Counted from the first letter of the stretch, positions 17,451-27,283 are shown. The stretch is 37,299 nt of DNA from Fibrobacteria bacterium (GCA_037447435.1 JBBIGR010000037.1:15561-52859); one strand, 5' to 3'. The notes: generated by a model not told the origin, from the letters alone. Made by a program: numbers and translations.

Positions 17451-19193
17451 TTATCTCCTCGTGACTGCGTCGAATTTGCATACTTCAAAACAATTACCGC
17501 ATTTGATGCATTTTGCCTGGTCTATCGTATAACCGGTTTCGCGATCGCCCGAAATGCAATTGACCGGGCAATTCTTTACGCACAATTTGCATCGTTTGCA
17601 CACGGAGGCAACGATTTCGAAATTCAATAATTTCGCGCATTTACCTGCGCGGCATTTCTTGTCTACAATGTGTTGACGGTACTCTTCCTCAAAGTATTTG
17701 AGCGTGGAAACAATGGGATTGGGGGCCGACTGCCCGAGCGCGCACAGAGAAGCCTTTTGCATTGCCTGCGCAATTCGCTTCAACGTTTCGATATCTGCCG
17801 GTTCACCTTTTCCCTCGGAGATTTTTTCCAATACCTTGAGCATTTGAAAGCCTCCGATGCGGCACGGCGCACATTTTCCGCACGATTCGTCGACGCAAAA
17901 TCCGAGATAAAATTTTGCGATATCGACAAGGCAATCGTCTTGATCCATGACAATCATTCCGCCGGAACCCATGATGGAACCGAGTTCCTGCAAATGTTCA
18001 TACGATACCGGCGTGTCAAGGAATTTTTCAGGGATAACGCCTCCCGAAGGTCCGCCCGTTTGAACCGCGAGTATTTTCTTGCCGTCCGCAACGCCGCCGC
18101 CGATTTCTTCGATGATGGTCCGTAGCGAGGTTCCCATGGGAATTTCGATCAAACCGGAATTGCGGATTTTCCCGGTAAGCGCAAAGACCTTGGTCCCTTT
18201 GGATTTATCGGTCCCGATCTGGGAAAAATCCTTTCCGCCCTTTAGCAGAATATAGGAGACGTTGGCCAAGGTTTCCACATTGTTAATTATGGTCGGTTTG
18301 CCCCACAGGCCGACATCCGACGGATACGGCGGGCGCGGACGAGGCGTGCCGCGTTTACCCTCAATAGAGGCAATGAGCGCGGTTTCTTCGCCGCACACGA
18401 ATGCCCCGGCACCGAGCCGGACCTCAAGGTCGAAACAAAATTTTGTCCCTAAAATACCATTGCCGAGCAATCCTTTTTCATACGCCTGATCCAGGGCTTT
18501 TTGAATGCGCTTAATTGCCAAAGGATATTCTGCTCTAATGTAAAGGAACCCTTTCGTCGCGCCGATGCAATAACCGGCGATCATCATTCCTTCCAAAACG
18601 CAATGCGGGTCACCTTCCAAAACGCTTCGGTCCATGTAGGCGCCCGGATCACCTTCGTCCCCGTTGCATATGACGTATTTCTGGGCATTGAACGAATTGC
18701 GGGCCATGGTCCATTTGAGCCAGGTCGGATACCCGGCGCCGCCGCGACCGCGTAAACCGCTGGTTTTGATTTCTTCGATTGTTTTTTCCGGCGTCAAATC
18801 GAACAGGGCCCGTTTGATGCCCTGATATCCGCGAATTGCGATATACTCGTCTATGCTTTCCGGATTGACCACGCCGCAATTCCGCATGACTATTCTCACC
18901 TGTTCATTGCCTCCCCGATGCAATTTGGCATCCAGGGTTTTGCCTTGACGGATAGTCTCCGAAATTATCGCGTCCATGTCGGTCTCGGTGACGTCGACAT
19001 AAACGATGCCTTGGGGCAACAATTTCGCCACAACGCCTTTATTGTATATGCCGAGGTCGGCGGCACGTACGATCTGGACCGAATCGGCGAGTCCGGCACT
19101 TTTCACTTTTTCTGCAAAGATGTCATGCGCGTCGCGCGTCCGTCCGAGACCTTCCGCATTTGTATCTTTTATCAACACTACGGTAGTCGTCAT
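17451..19193 (-). CDS. hydB: NuoF-like FMN/NADH-binding subunit HydB/HndC
   Basis: GLRGRGGAGYPT, NGDEGDPGAYMDR, FVCGEETAL, ESCGKCAPCR..SLCALG, HIVDKKCRAGKC, C-terminal 2x[4Fe-4S]. Confidence 0.95.
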   Translation of the reverse strand: MTTTVVLIKDTNAEGLGRTRDAHDIFAEKVKSAGLADSVQIVRAADLGIYNKGVVAKLLPQGIVYVDVTETDMDAIISETIRQGKTLDAKLHRGGNEQVRIVMRNCGVVNPESIDEYIAIRGYQGIKRALFDLTPEKTIEEIKTSGLRGRGGAGYPTWLKWTMARNSFNAQKYVICNGDEGDPGAYMDRSVLEGDPHCVLEGMMIAGYCIGATKGFLYIRAEYPLAIKRIQKALDQAYEKGLLGNGILGTKFCFDLEVRLGAGAFVCGEETALIASIEGKRGTPRPRPPYPSDVGLWGKPTIINNVETLANVSYILLKGGKDFSQIGTDKSKGTKVFALTGKIRNSGLIEIPMGTSLRTIIEEIGGGVADGKKILAVQTGGPSGGVIPEKFLDTPVSYEHLQELGSIMGSGGMIVMDQDDCLVDIAKFYLGFCVDESCGKCAPCRIGGFQMLKVLEKISEGKGEPADIETLKRIAQAMQKASLCALGQSAPNPIVSTLKYFEEEYRQHIVDKKCRAGKCAKLLNFEIVASVCKRCKLCVKNCPVNCISGDRETGYTIDQAKCIKCGNCFEVCKFDAVTRR

Positions 19194-19196
19194 GGT

Positions 19197-19547
19197 TTAT
19201 CTCCTCACCGGCATATCGACAATAAAGTCCTGAACGAGTCTTTTGTCTCTGACATGTTCTTCCAAAATTCTCAAAGCAATGTCGGGTGTCACGCGACCGT
19301 ATACGACGCTGGGCAGCCCCTCTGCAGAAACTTCGACAAGCGGTTCGGCATGGCAGGAGCCGCTGCATCCGCACGGTTTGACTGCGATATCGATTTTTCG
19401 CTTCTCCGCTTCGGTTTTAAAAACTTTAAAAACCTCGTCGGCACCGGCTGCGACGCCGCAGGAACTCATTCCCACCTTTATATACGGGCGATTGGCGCTC
19501 TGCTTTGCGCTTGCGGCATCCAGGTCCTCTTTAGTAAGTTTGGTCAT
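19197..19547 (-). CDS. hydD: Thioredoxin-like [2Fe-2S] ferredoxin subunit HydD/HndB
   Basis: VGMSSCGVAAGA, CGCSGSCHAEPLVEV, YGRVTP; GAGGA RBS before ATG 19547. Confidence 0.85.
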   Translation of the reverse strand: MTKLTKEDLDAASAKQSANRPYIKVGMSSCGVAAGADEVFKVFKTEAEKRKIDIAVKPCGCSGSCHAEPLVEVSAEGLPSVVYGRVTPDIALRILEEHVRDKRLVQDFIVDMPVRR

Positions 19548-19549
19548 GA

Positions 19550-20026
19550 TCAATCCTCATTTTTATATTTGGAAATGATTTCCACTATTTGGCTTTTTTT
19601 GACTTTACTGTATATTTTATCGTTTATCATTATGACCGGAGCCAATCCGCAACAACCCAGGCATCGCACCGCGTCCAATCGGAAAAGGCCGTCAGGCGTG
19701 GTCTGACCTTCCTCAATATTAAGCAGGTCTTTTAATGCGTCTAATATTTCAGGCGCACCTTTTAGGTAACAAGCGGTTCCCATGCACACGGCAATGTTAT
19801 ATTTGCCGGGCCGTTCGAGTTTGAAATAATTGTAAAACGTAATGACTTCATAAATACACGCCAACGGCACATCCAATGCTTTGGAAAGGCTCAGCGCAAC
19901 CTCTCTGGGTATATAGCCGAAATGTCCCTGTATTTCATGCAGGATCATTATCAAATTTCCATCGCGACCCTTCCATTTTTCTGCAATTGCAGTCACCTGG
20001 TCTTGGACAGTTGTGGTTGAATTCAT
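19550..20026 (-). CDS. hydC: NuoE-like [2Fe-2S] subunit HydC/HndA
   Basis: LIMILHEIQ..FGY, VITFY, VCMGTAC, RCLGCCGLAP. Confidence 0.95.
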   Translation of the reverse strand: MNSTTTVQDQVTAIAEKWKGRDGNLIMILHEIQGHFGYIPREVALSLSKALDVPLACIYEVITFYNYFKLERPGKYNIAVCMGTACYLKGAPEILDALKDLLNIEEGQTTPDGLFRLDAVRCLGCCGLAPVIMINDKIYSKVKKSQIVEIISKYKNED

Positions 20027-20113
20027 ATTCTATATTCCTGGTTAAAATTATTTCTTTAAGTTATAGTATCGGCTTTTTTAAAAATCGACAAAGGTTTTTA
20101 ACATTTCAAATAA

Positions 20114-20131
20114 TTGTGTGTTATTTCACAA
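20114..20131. promoter_or_regulatory. Rex operator 1, downstream of the hyd promoter
   Basis: TTGTGTG-TTAT-TTCACAA versus consensus TTGTGAA-N4-TTCACAA. Confidence 0.8.
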
Positions 20132-20165
20132 TAACTCGCACATAAACCTAACATAATTCCCTCTA

Positions 20166-20194
20166 AATATATGTGTTTTTCCAAAAATAGTCAA
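20166..20194 (-). promoter_or_regulatory. Sigma-70-type promoter of the hyd operon
   Basis: Minus strand TTGACT-N17-TATATT. Confidence 0.7.
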
Positions 20195-20200
20195 TATTTT

Positions 20201-20218
20201 TTGTGAATTAAATAACAT
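20201..20218. promoter_or_regulatory. Rex operator 2, just upstream of the hyd -35
   Basis: TTGTGAA-TTAA-ATAACAT. Confidence 0.7.
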
Positions 20219-20308
20219 TAATTATTTTATTTTATCCAATATTCGCCGAGAAATCGTATTGGTTTCGGCAAATTTCCTATAAAAAAGCCAAAACGAAACA
20301 AAATTGTT

Positions 20309-20326
20309 TTGTGAAATTAGGAACAT
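20309..20326. promoter_or_regulatory. Weaker Rex operator 3, just upstream of the rex -35
   Basis: TTGTGAA-ATTA-GGAACAT. Confidence 0.5.
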
Positions 20327-20331
20327 TATAT

Positions 20332-20360
20332 TTGACAAAGTCGTGGATTACGTTTATATT
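20332..20360 (+). promoter_or_regulatory. Sigma-70-type promoter of rex
   Basis: TTGACA-N17-TATATT. Confidence 0.75.
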
Positions 20361-20385
20361 ACTATATTGAATAAGGTTTCTATTA

Positions 20386-20403
20386 TTGTGAGAAAGATAA
20401 CAA
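20386..20403. promoter_or_regulatory. Rex operator 4, overlapping the rex translation initiation region
   Basis: TTGTGAG-AAAG-ATAACAA ending 1 nt before the rex ATG. Confidence 0.7.
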
Positions 20404-20404
20404 C

Positions 20405-21037
20405 ATGATTAGCAATAAAAATTGCATAATCCGTTTATCAAAGTACAAAAACGCATTGGTCAGGTTTAAAACCCTGGGCTTTATAAAAATATTCTCAGAA
20501 TATCTTGCCGATGCCGTCGGAGTGACCTCTGCTCAGGTTCGCAAGGATTTTTCCCTTTTCGGTATATCGGGGAATAAACGCGGCGGGTATCAAATCGATG
20601 CATTAATTACAAAACTGAACAGCATTCTTGGGAAAAACGAGATTCAAAACGTGGTTCTCGTCGGTGCCGGACAATTGGGGTCTGCCTTGGTCAGATATAA
20701 CAGTTTTGAAAAAGAAGGCATTAAAATAAGCGCGGCATTTGATATCGACCCTGCCAAAATAACCGCAGGAGCGAAAAATTCGGTTCCGGTGTTGCCGCTC
20801 GACGAGGCGATTAAATTCATTCAAAAAAACAATATCAAAATTGCCATCCTCACGGTTCCGGATGTTGCCGCACAGCAAACCTTCGACATTCTCATGGCCG
20901 CGGGCATAAAAGGCGTGCTTAATTTTGCGCCCATCGAATTGAAAGCGCCGTCCGACTGTATTGTCAATAATGTCAATCTGGCGGTCGAGCTCGAAAACCT
21001 TATATACTTTGTAAACGCTTCGTTAAAAACGGATTAG
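20405..21037 (+). CDS. rex: Redox-sensing transcriptional repressor Rex
   Basis: RLSKY, S..LA...GVTSAQVRKDFS.FG..G.RG.GY, VGAGQLG.AL, FDIDP, GVLNFAP. Confidence 0.96.
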   Translation: MISNKNCIIRLSKYKNALVRFKTLGFIKIFSEYLADAVGVTSAQVRKDFSLFGISGNKRGGYQIDALITKLNSILGKNEIQNVVLVGAGQLGSALVRYNSFEKEGIKISAAFDIDPAKITAGAKNSVPVLPLDEAIKFIQKNNIKIAILTVPDVAAQQTFDILMAAGIKGVLNFAPIELKAPSDCIVNNVNLAVELENLIYFVNASLKTD

Positions 21038-21085
21038 TACCGGTTTCCGAATTATATAATGAACCGTATCTCATGGGGTTAGCGT

Positions 21086-22465
21086 TTAAAATCCGACATC
21101 GACATTGATGCGCAACGCCGCCGATTGACCCGACAGGGTATATTCCGTGTTTTTATCCCCGAAATAGCCGATGAGCGTCGCGCCCAGCGAAACATTGTTC
21201 AGCATCGCATACGACAAGGAAAACGTCGCGGTTGCGCATTTTTGTTCGATATTCATGATAGCGTTGACATTGCAGCCGAGATCGCTGACGAAAAACCTGC
21301 TGATGCCGAAGAAAAACGCGGCATAATACCGCGAATGATAGTTTTGATCGTACATATTCCCTGCAACCAATACTTCGGTCTTGGTTGCGCGCGGCTTTAG
21401 CTCATCCGGCATGTCGGCATATTTACCGGCGCGAACAATATAATGCGTCGTATCGCTGAAAATATTGCCCTCGTATCCGGCGCCGTTGTAAAACGCCTCA
21501 AGGGTAAACGAACACGCGTCCGGAAATCCTAAAAATCCGAACGATTTTCCTATACCCACGCAAAGGCGCGGAAGCGGAGTATTATCTGCGGCTTCGACAT
21601 ACAGCGAAGCGTCGCGTTGCTTCAAATGAGGGACAACGTCGCCCCCCGATGTCACGCTCAACTCTCCCGACACATCCAGACCGGCAACCCTCGACGAAAC
21701 ATCATAGCCGAAAATAACGGGTCTGTTCCGTTTGCCCCAAATCGAAAGCGCCATTTCCGTGCCGCCAAAAAGGTATTCAAATTTCGCGCAACCGGAAATA
21801 CTGTCGATTCTGTTTACGGAATTCATATTGACAAAAGAATACACATTGGCCGTTGTCCCAAAGGGGATATGCAATTTTGCCCCATAGGTGCCCTCGCGCG
21901 AACCGATTTTTTCAACAAAGCTCTTTTTTTCCACATTGATGAAGTCGGTGGGGTTCCAAAAAAAGCATCGTCCCCATTGCAAAACCTGTTTACCGACGCG
22001 AAAATAAGCGCTGCGGTTTACGTTGAAATCCATGAATAATTCACGCAAATAAATCGCATACGGTCCCGTGAGACCCAGCGATTTATACATCGATGTCGAA
22101 AGCGTATCGAATCCCGGCATGTAATCCGTCTCAAGATTGCCGAACACTTTCGTATCGTTTTGCAACCGGGAATCAAGCGTCACGGAGCCGACAAGCATAG
22201 ACAACATCGACGTATTTGCCAATGTGCGGTTGTCCAAATAGTCCCTGTTGGCCCCAACGAGTTCCGCTGCGTTCAGGGTTCCGCCGATTGCGGTACCTGT
22301 CTTGTCCTTCGTTTTCGATTCCTCAATCGGCTTATTCGCCACGACGCTCACCGTGTCGCTGAATAATGCCTTTTCATCGATATCGCTGCTTTGTGCAACG
22401 AGGGAACCGGCACAGCAGGCCATAAAAAAGACCGATACGTTCGTGAACAATTCAACTGTATTCAA
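21086..22465 (-). CDS. Putative outer-membrane beta-barrel protein
   Basis: Signal peptide; 'LRELFMD..FRVGKQVLQWGR..FWNPTD' porin-like motif; C-terminal alternating strand ending in Phe (LRINVDVGF). TTG start with GAGG RBS. Confidence 0.7.
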   Translation of the reverse strand: MNTVELFTNVSVFFMACCAGSLVAQSSDIDEKALFSDTVSVVANKPIEESKTKDKTGTAIGGTLNAAELVGANRDYLDNRTLANTSMLSMLVGSVTLDSRLQNDTKVFGNLETDYMPGFDTLSTSMYKSLGLTGPYAIYLRELFMDFNVNRSAYFRVGKQVLQWGRCFFWNPTDFINVEKKSFVEKIGSREGTYGAKLHIPFGTTANVYSFVNMNSVNRIDSISGCAKFEYLFGGTEMALSIWGKRNRPVIFGYDVSSRVAGLDVSGELSVTSGGDVVPHLKQRDASLYVEAADNTPLPRLCVGIGKSFGFLGFPDACSFTLEAFYNGAGYEGNIFSDTTHYIVRAGKYADMPDELKPRATKTEVLVAGNMYDQNYHSRYYAAFFFGISRFFVSDLGCNVNAIMNIEQKCATATFSLSYAMLNNVSLGATLIGYFGDKNTEYTLSGQSAALRINVDVGF

Positions 22466-22474
22466 AGACGCACC

Positions 22475-23236
22475 TCATTTGCTCAGATTTTCAAGATATG
22501 CTTTTGTAAACAACTTTCCGTCAAGTTTTTCCGTCGAAATGCCCGATACCTCGACAATGGTTTTATTCCCTTTTTCAAATTCATCGACAAACATCATTCG
22601 CGTCGAAACAAATCGGCCGTCGATGGTTGTATATTTCATGTAATAGGCGGTTTGCATGAGCGCTCCGGACAAGGAAAACGATTGTTCTTTCAGAACGAGT
22701 TTATTGTCCATTCGCACCCAATATATCTTTTTGGGATACGCAACGTCGGTCACCTTTGCCTTGACCTCGAACTTGTACACCCCGATATCGCCGAGTTTTT
22801 CTTCAGTCAAGATATCTTTACCCTCTTTATCCACGGCCGGGCCGTACAGTTCGGTTAATTTACGTTTTTCAAAATCTTCGGCTTGCGCGTCGGAACCGCC
22901 GATATTTTCGTCGCGGTTGATATGCTGGAACGTCCGCGTATTGCGCCGATACATCCAGAAGTTTTCCCCCATCCGCAAATACCCGTTTCCCTTTTCCGAT
23001 TCCGGCGCGGTCATGACGATTAAGAACGCATCATCCGCGTCTCGGCGGTACCACATCATCTCGGTGGTTTTTGCGCCTTGACCGTTTTTCTGCTGTGTCA
23101 AACTTACGATCGCGCGGGCGTCAGATTTCATTTCCGTGTTCTTGCTCACTTCCGCCAACAGTTCCGAAACGTGCACCTGTTCAGCACGCGCCCCCGTCAT
23201 GAGCAACGCTCCGATCAACAATAGTACCTTTTTCAC
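22475..23236 (-). CDS. LolA-like outer-membrane lipoprotein-sorting periplasmic protein
   Basis: Signal peptide; 'APESEKGNGYL..ENFWMY..GGSD..EDF..YPKKIYWV'; GTG start with AGGAG RBS. Confidence 0.8.
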   Translation of the reverse strand: MKKVLLLIGALLMTGARAEQVHVSELLAEVSKNTEMKSDARAIVSLTQQKNGQGAKTTEMMWYRRDADDAFLIVMTAPESEKGNGYLRMGENFWMYRRNTRTFQHINRDENIGGSDAQAEDFEKRKLTELYGPAVDKEGKDILTEEKLGDIGVYKFEVKAKVTDVAYPKKIYWVRMDNKLVLKEQSFSLSGALMQTAYYMKYTTIDGRFVSTRMMFVDEFEKGNKTIVEVSGISTEKLDGKLFTKAYLENLSK

Positions 23237-23274
23237 GATTTTCTCCTGGGTTGATTGTCAGTAATTTACAAAAA

Positions 23275-25041
23275 TCATTCAAAATGGCGCAATGCATCCG
23301 AAACCGGCCTTCGGGCCGCTTTTTTAGCGGGGAAAAAGGCCGTGACGACGGCGATGGCGACAATGAGGACATTATACGACACAGTTGCAATCACGGTCGG
23401 CGCAAAAAACAAATGTCCCTGCACCAGCAACATCCCCATAGGATTGTCCTTCGCATCAATTGTCAATAAAGACAATCCCCACATAACGCAAAAAGCAAGT
23501 ACGGTTCCGGCTATGGAGGCAAACGAAGCTAAAAATCCGGTTTCCAGCATAAACATCATGCGCACATCGTTTTTTTGCATGCCGATGGCCCGCACGGTGC
23601 CGATTTCCCTGGTACGCTCCTTAATGGTCATTCGCAGGGTATTGATGACGCCGATAAGAATGATAAAAAAGAGAATGAGCCCGGCGGCAAGCGTGATAAG
23701 ATTCAACGCGAATTCAACGTTAAGAATAGCCGATGCGGTCTCATACATGGACTGAACGCTTACCATGATGCCCTTGTATTTCGCGCGCCCCATTTCTTTT
23801 TGGATTTTCGAATATTCCGTCGTGGTGGCGCAGCGTTTCATGAGCATGTACTCCGGCGCAAGCGAGGCCCACAGCACGCTTGTAGAGTCGGGTAACCCGT
23901 TGCGCACGGAAGCGTCCGGCACGGACGGCAGGGGCGAATAGTATGATTTGTAAAAACCGCGTTCATTGACGAGTACCGACATGGGCGGTAACGGAGCAGC
24001 GCTGTCCGCCACCCCATTGACCCGAAGCAATGCCGTCCCGGTCGACGAATCGTATTTCGCTTTCCACGTTACCGTAATCGTGTCCCCCGCTTTGCACGAA
24101 AGCTTGGAGCCAAGGGAATGCGAAACAATCACTCCCTCGTAGGAAAAGGCTTTTGCACTGTCCCCCTGAACAAGTTTTACGGCTTTTTTAACGCCAAGCA
24201 TCGATACGGAATCGGTGCGCATCCCGAGTTCCAGAATATCCGTTGTTTTTCCTTTACATTCACACTTTCCCGCTATGACCGCCAATCCGGGTTTCAGCCC
24301 GGCATGGATTTGGTCGGCAACCTTTTTGGCAAACTGCTGCGGCTTCTTCATATTGATTTGCAATCCGGGCACGTCATGCGTTCCATATCCGGCCAACGCC
24401 CTGACGTCTCCGACTTCAAGAAAAATAGGGGCCGACATGAATACGTTGGCGGGTTTGAAAATTCCCACGACCGTGAGCTGGGCGCTCGACGCCTGATTAC
24501 CGACGCCGGTAAACCGCACTTTCAACGCATCCCCCATTTTCACCTTGAGATATTTCGCCTTCTGTTCCGCCAGAACGACGGGGTACCCGTTGCTTTTGTC
24601 TTTAAGGTTCTCAAAAGACCCCTGCAACATTTTGAAATTCGCGGAAAATTCTTTTTTTTCCTGATCGGTCAATTTACCTTTCATATCGACGCCGACCAGT
24701 ATCACATTGTCGGCTACGCCGTTGCCTATTGCCCTGCCGAATACGCCGATCGCCTGTTCAACGCGGGAATCGGGAGGTGCGACTTTATTGATGACGTCCA
24801 TGAGCCGTTTGTCGTCGGGAAACACCTGGTTCATCAGGTTTCCGTTGCGCATATAGGAAATTGCAACGTGTCCGTTCGTATATTTGACTATCTGCTCGAA
24901 AAGCACCTTCGATATCCCATGCGAAAACGCATTTGCAAGAATCAAAACCAATGCTCCGAAAGCAATGGCAATGCCGAGCAAAATATTCCTGCGTTGCTGC
25001 CTGATAAGGTTCCTAAAACTGATGTTGATGATTTGCTTCAT
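23275..25041 (-). CDS. ABC transporter permease, FtsX/LolE/MacB family, with enlarged periplasmic region
   Basis: N-terminal 'FRNLIRQQRRNILL' plus TM; C-terminal 'ERTREIGTVRAIGM' and 'FFPAKKAARRPVSDALR'. Confidence 0.88.
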   Translation of the reverse strand: MKQIINISFRNLIRQQRRNILLGIAIAFGALVLILANAFSHGISKVLFEQIVKYTNGHVAISYMRNGNLMNQVFPDDKRLMDVINKVAPPDSRVEQAIGVFGRAIGNGVADNVILVGVDMKGKLTDQEKKEFSANFKMLQGSFENLKDKSNGYPVVLAEQKAKYLKVKMGDALKVRFTGVGNQASSAQLTVVGIFKPANVFMSAPIFLEVGDVRALAGYGTHDVPGLQINMKKPQQFAKKVADQIHAGLKPGLAVIAGKCECKGKTTDILELGMRTDSVSMLGVKKAVKLVQGDSAKAFSYEGVIVSHSLGSKLSCKAGDTITVTWKAKYDSSTGTALLRVNGVADSAAPLPPMSVLVNERGFYKSYYSPLPSVPDASVRNGLPDSTSVLWASLAPEYMLMKRCATTTEYSKIQKEMGRAKYKGIMVSVQSMYETASAILNVEFALNLITLAAGLILFFIILIGVINTLRMTIKERTREIGTVRAIGMQKNDVRMMFMLETGFLASFASIAGTVLAFCVMWGLSLLTIDAKDNPMGMLLVQGHLFFAPTVIATVSYNVLIVAIAVVTAFFPAKKAARRPVSDALRHFE

Positions 25042-25053
25042 GGATTATGGCTC

Positions 25054-26586
25054 CTATTCCCTTGAAATAGCGTCAAGCGGCGTAATGCTGCTTGCAACCT
25101 TTATCGGATAAATGACCGCAATGACGGTGACAATGACGAGTTGCACGACGGCAAGAAGGATATCGAGAACCGAAAGAAACGGTTTGAACGTGTCGCCGCC
25201 GAACAGCAATTGCACCATATCGTTGTCCGTCGGGATGTTAAACGCCGCAAGAATATTTACAATCAATATTCCCACAAGTATTCCGGCGCCGCCGAAAACG
25301 GCGGACAGCACTGCAGTTTCCCCTAGGAACATGGAACGTATGAATCCTTTTCGAGCGCCTATCGCACGCATCATGCCGATTTCGCTTGTGCGCTCGATTG
25401 CGGCCATGGAAAGTGTATTGACAATAATGATTATGGCGACGAAAAACAAAAACATGACAAACACAAATAAGGAAGTTTTGATCAAAACGGCCATCGATCC
25501 GATCATACCCGTTGATTTTTTCCAGGAAATAGCCCTGACTCCGAGCTTTTTATCGGTAAGGTCCTTATTGAGCGTAGCGACCGTTTTTTCCAGGTTCGAA
25601 CCTTCCTTAAACCGGAGGAGTATTATATTGAATGCGCCCGCATTTAAATCAACCGAAGATTGTACCGTGTCCTTTTTGACAAACAGGCTTCCCTCGCTGA
25701 GGATTTTGGATTTGGTAACCGGTGCAACCGTCGCTTCTTTGGAAAACATATTATCAAGAGATTCCTCTTCCGAAGAAAGCAGATCGGCCAGTTCTTTTTT
25801 GACGACTGTCTTTTTCTCCTCGGCGCCGAAATACCCCAAACATTGCCGGTACGACTCGATGTCGAGTATCGGGAAATTCCCCCAAATTGTATTGAGGGAA
25901 CGGTATTTAACGATTGCCTTGACAGGCACACGGACGTCGGTAGTGGAATTATCCGTATTCATTCCCATATACACGATGCTATGCTTGTACGTCATATCCG
26001 ACATCCGGTCCAATATTTCCTTGCCGAGCGTCGAGGTATCGGGCGTAACGCCGTCGGGTGTAAAGAGAATGCTGTAATATTCCCCGGATTGTTTGCGCCA
26101 CCCCGTCGGGACAAGTACGAACGGCTTCGTATTGTCCGTCGGCAATGCTCCCTCGATTAATTTGAGATTGTTTCCGAAGAAATTGAAATATTCCTTAAAA
26201 TCGACGCCGAGCACGAAAACCCCGTCCATGGTACCGCCTTCTTCATTGAGAGCGACGGCGAAGTTTTTACCGATCGGCAGGCGGTTCTTTACATAAGGTA
26301 TTGCTTTGAGCGCGGAATCGATTTGCTCGAAGTTGTTGATCGGCGCGACCGATTTGCCCATGAATTCCAAAAACACATTGTCCGATTCCTGTTTATCGGA
26401 AACAAGCAACGCGTCTCCCGTAAATCCGTCGACGATGTTTTTCTGCATGCCCCGGTCCATACCGGAAATCACGCCGTTTCCAACGGTCATAAGCAAGGCA
26501 CCTAAAAAGAGTATCACGCCGATGACCATGCTTTTTCCCTTGTGGCGCATGATGTTGCGCCATGCGATCTTTATGATAAGATTCAT
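25054..26586 (-). CDS. ABC transporter permease, FtsX/LolE/MacB family
   Basis: 'AWRNIMRHKGKS', 'ERTSEIGMMRAIGA', 'YPIKVASSITPLDAI'. Confidence 0.88.
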   Translation of the reverse strand: MNLIIKIAWRNIMRHKGKSMVIGVILFLGALLMTVGNGVISGMDRGMQKNIVDGFTGDALLVSDKQESDNVFLEFMGKSVAPINNFEQIDSALKAIPYVKNRLPIGKNFAVALNEEGGTMDGVFVLGVDFKEYFNFFGNNLKLIEGALPTDNTKPFVLVPTGWRKQSGEYYSILFTPDGVTPDTSTLGKEILDRMSDMTYKHSIVYMGMNTDNSTTDVRVPVKAIVKYRSLNTIWGNFPILDIESYRQCLGYFGAEEKKTVVKKELADLLSSEEESLDNMFSKEATVAPVTKSKILSEGSLFVKKDTVQSSVDLNAGAFNIILLRFKEGSNLEKTVATLNKDLTDKKLGVRAISWKKSTGMIGSMAVLIKTSLFVFVMFLFFVAIIIIVNTLSMAAIERTSEIGMMRAIGARKGFIRSMFLGETAVLSAVFGGAGILVGILIVNILAAFNIPTDNDMVQLLFGGDTFKPFLSVLDILLAVVQLVIVTVIAVIYPIKVASSITPLDAISRE

Positions 26587-26590
26587 GGTA

Positions 26591-27283
26591 TTATTCCTTG
26601 CTTAAAAGGCCGTCTTTGATTTTTATGACATGGCTTGCGTATTTGAGCACATTTGCATCATGCGTCGAAAAAATGAAAGTCGTATGATCGCGTCTGTTCA
26701 TTTCTCTCATTGCGTCAAGAATCGATGCGCCGGTGACGGAGTCTAAATTGGCTGTGGGCTCATCGGCAAGCACGATGTCGGGGTTTGTCACCAGCGCGCG
26801 CGCAATGGCGACACGCTGACGCTGTCCTCCCGATAATTCGGCCGGTTTATGCCTGATATAGTCCTTAAGTCCGACCGCTTCGAGCAATTGTTCGGCCTTT
26901 TTTTTAACATCGCCGCGGGAATGTTTTTTCATGAGTAAAAGAGGAAATTCAACGTTTTCCAACGCGTTAAGCACCGGAATCAGGTTGAATGTCTGGAAAA
27001 TAAACCCTATTTTATGAAGCCTGATGTCGGTTATTTGACGGTCGTTTAGCGAGGTTATTTCCCTCTCGCCGACTTTGACGCTTCCTTCGGTGGCAAAATC
27101 GATGCACCCGATTACATTCAACAGGGTCGTTTTACCGCTGCCCGACGGACCGATGATGCTTAAAAAATCACCTTTCTCAATCGACAAGTCGATTCCCCGT
27201 AATGCATGGACCGTGGTTTTACCCAGGGCATAATCCTTCTTTAGGCCTTTGATCTCTATTATATTCACAGGTACCTCCATCAT
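26591..27283 (-). CDS. ABC transporter ATP-binding protein, LolD/MacB-like
   Basis: GPSGSGKTT, IGFIFQ.FNL, LSGGQRQRVAIARAL, LADEPTANLD, STHD. Confidence 0.95.
   Translation of the reverse strand: MMEVPVNIIEIKGLKKDYALGKTTVHALRGIDLSIEKGDFLSIIGPSGSGKTTLLNVIGCIDFATEGSVKVGEREITSLNDRQITDIRLHKIGFIFQTFNLIPVLNALENVEFPLLLMKKHSRGDVKKKAEQLLEAVGLKDYIRHKPAELSGGQRQRVAIARALVTNPDIVLADEPTANLDSVTGASILDAMREMNRRDHTTFIFSTHDANVLKYASHVIKIKDGLLSKE

Noticed and set aside
18918..19706. 262-aa + strand ORF
   Set aside because: Antisense to hydB/hydD/hydC; no protein-like features.
17451..20026. nuoEF of respiratory complex I
   Set aside because: Operonic with an H-cluster-containing hydA, and no other nuo genes are adjacent.
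24118..26077. 315-aa and 321-aa + strand ORFs
   Set aside because: Antisense shadows of the two permeases.
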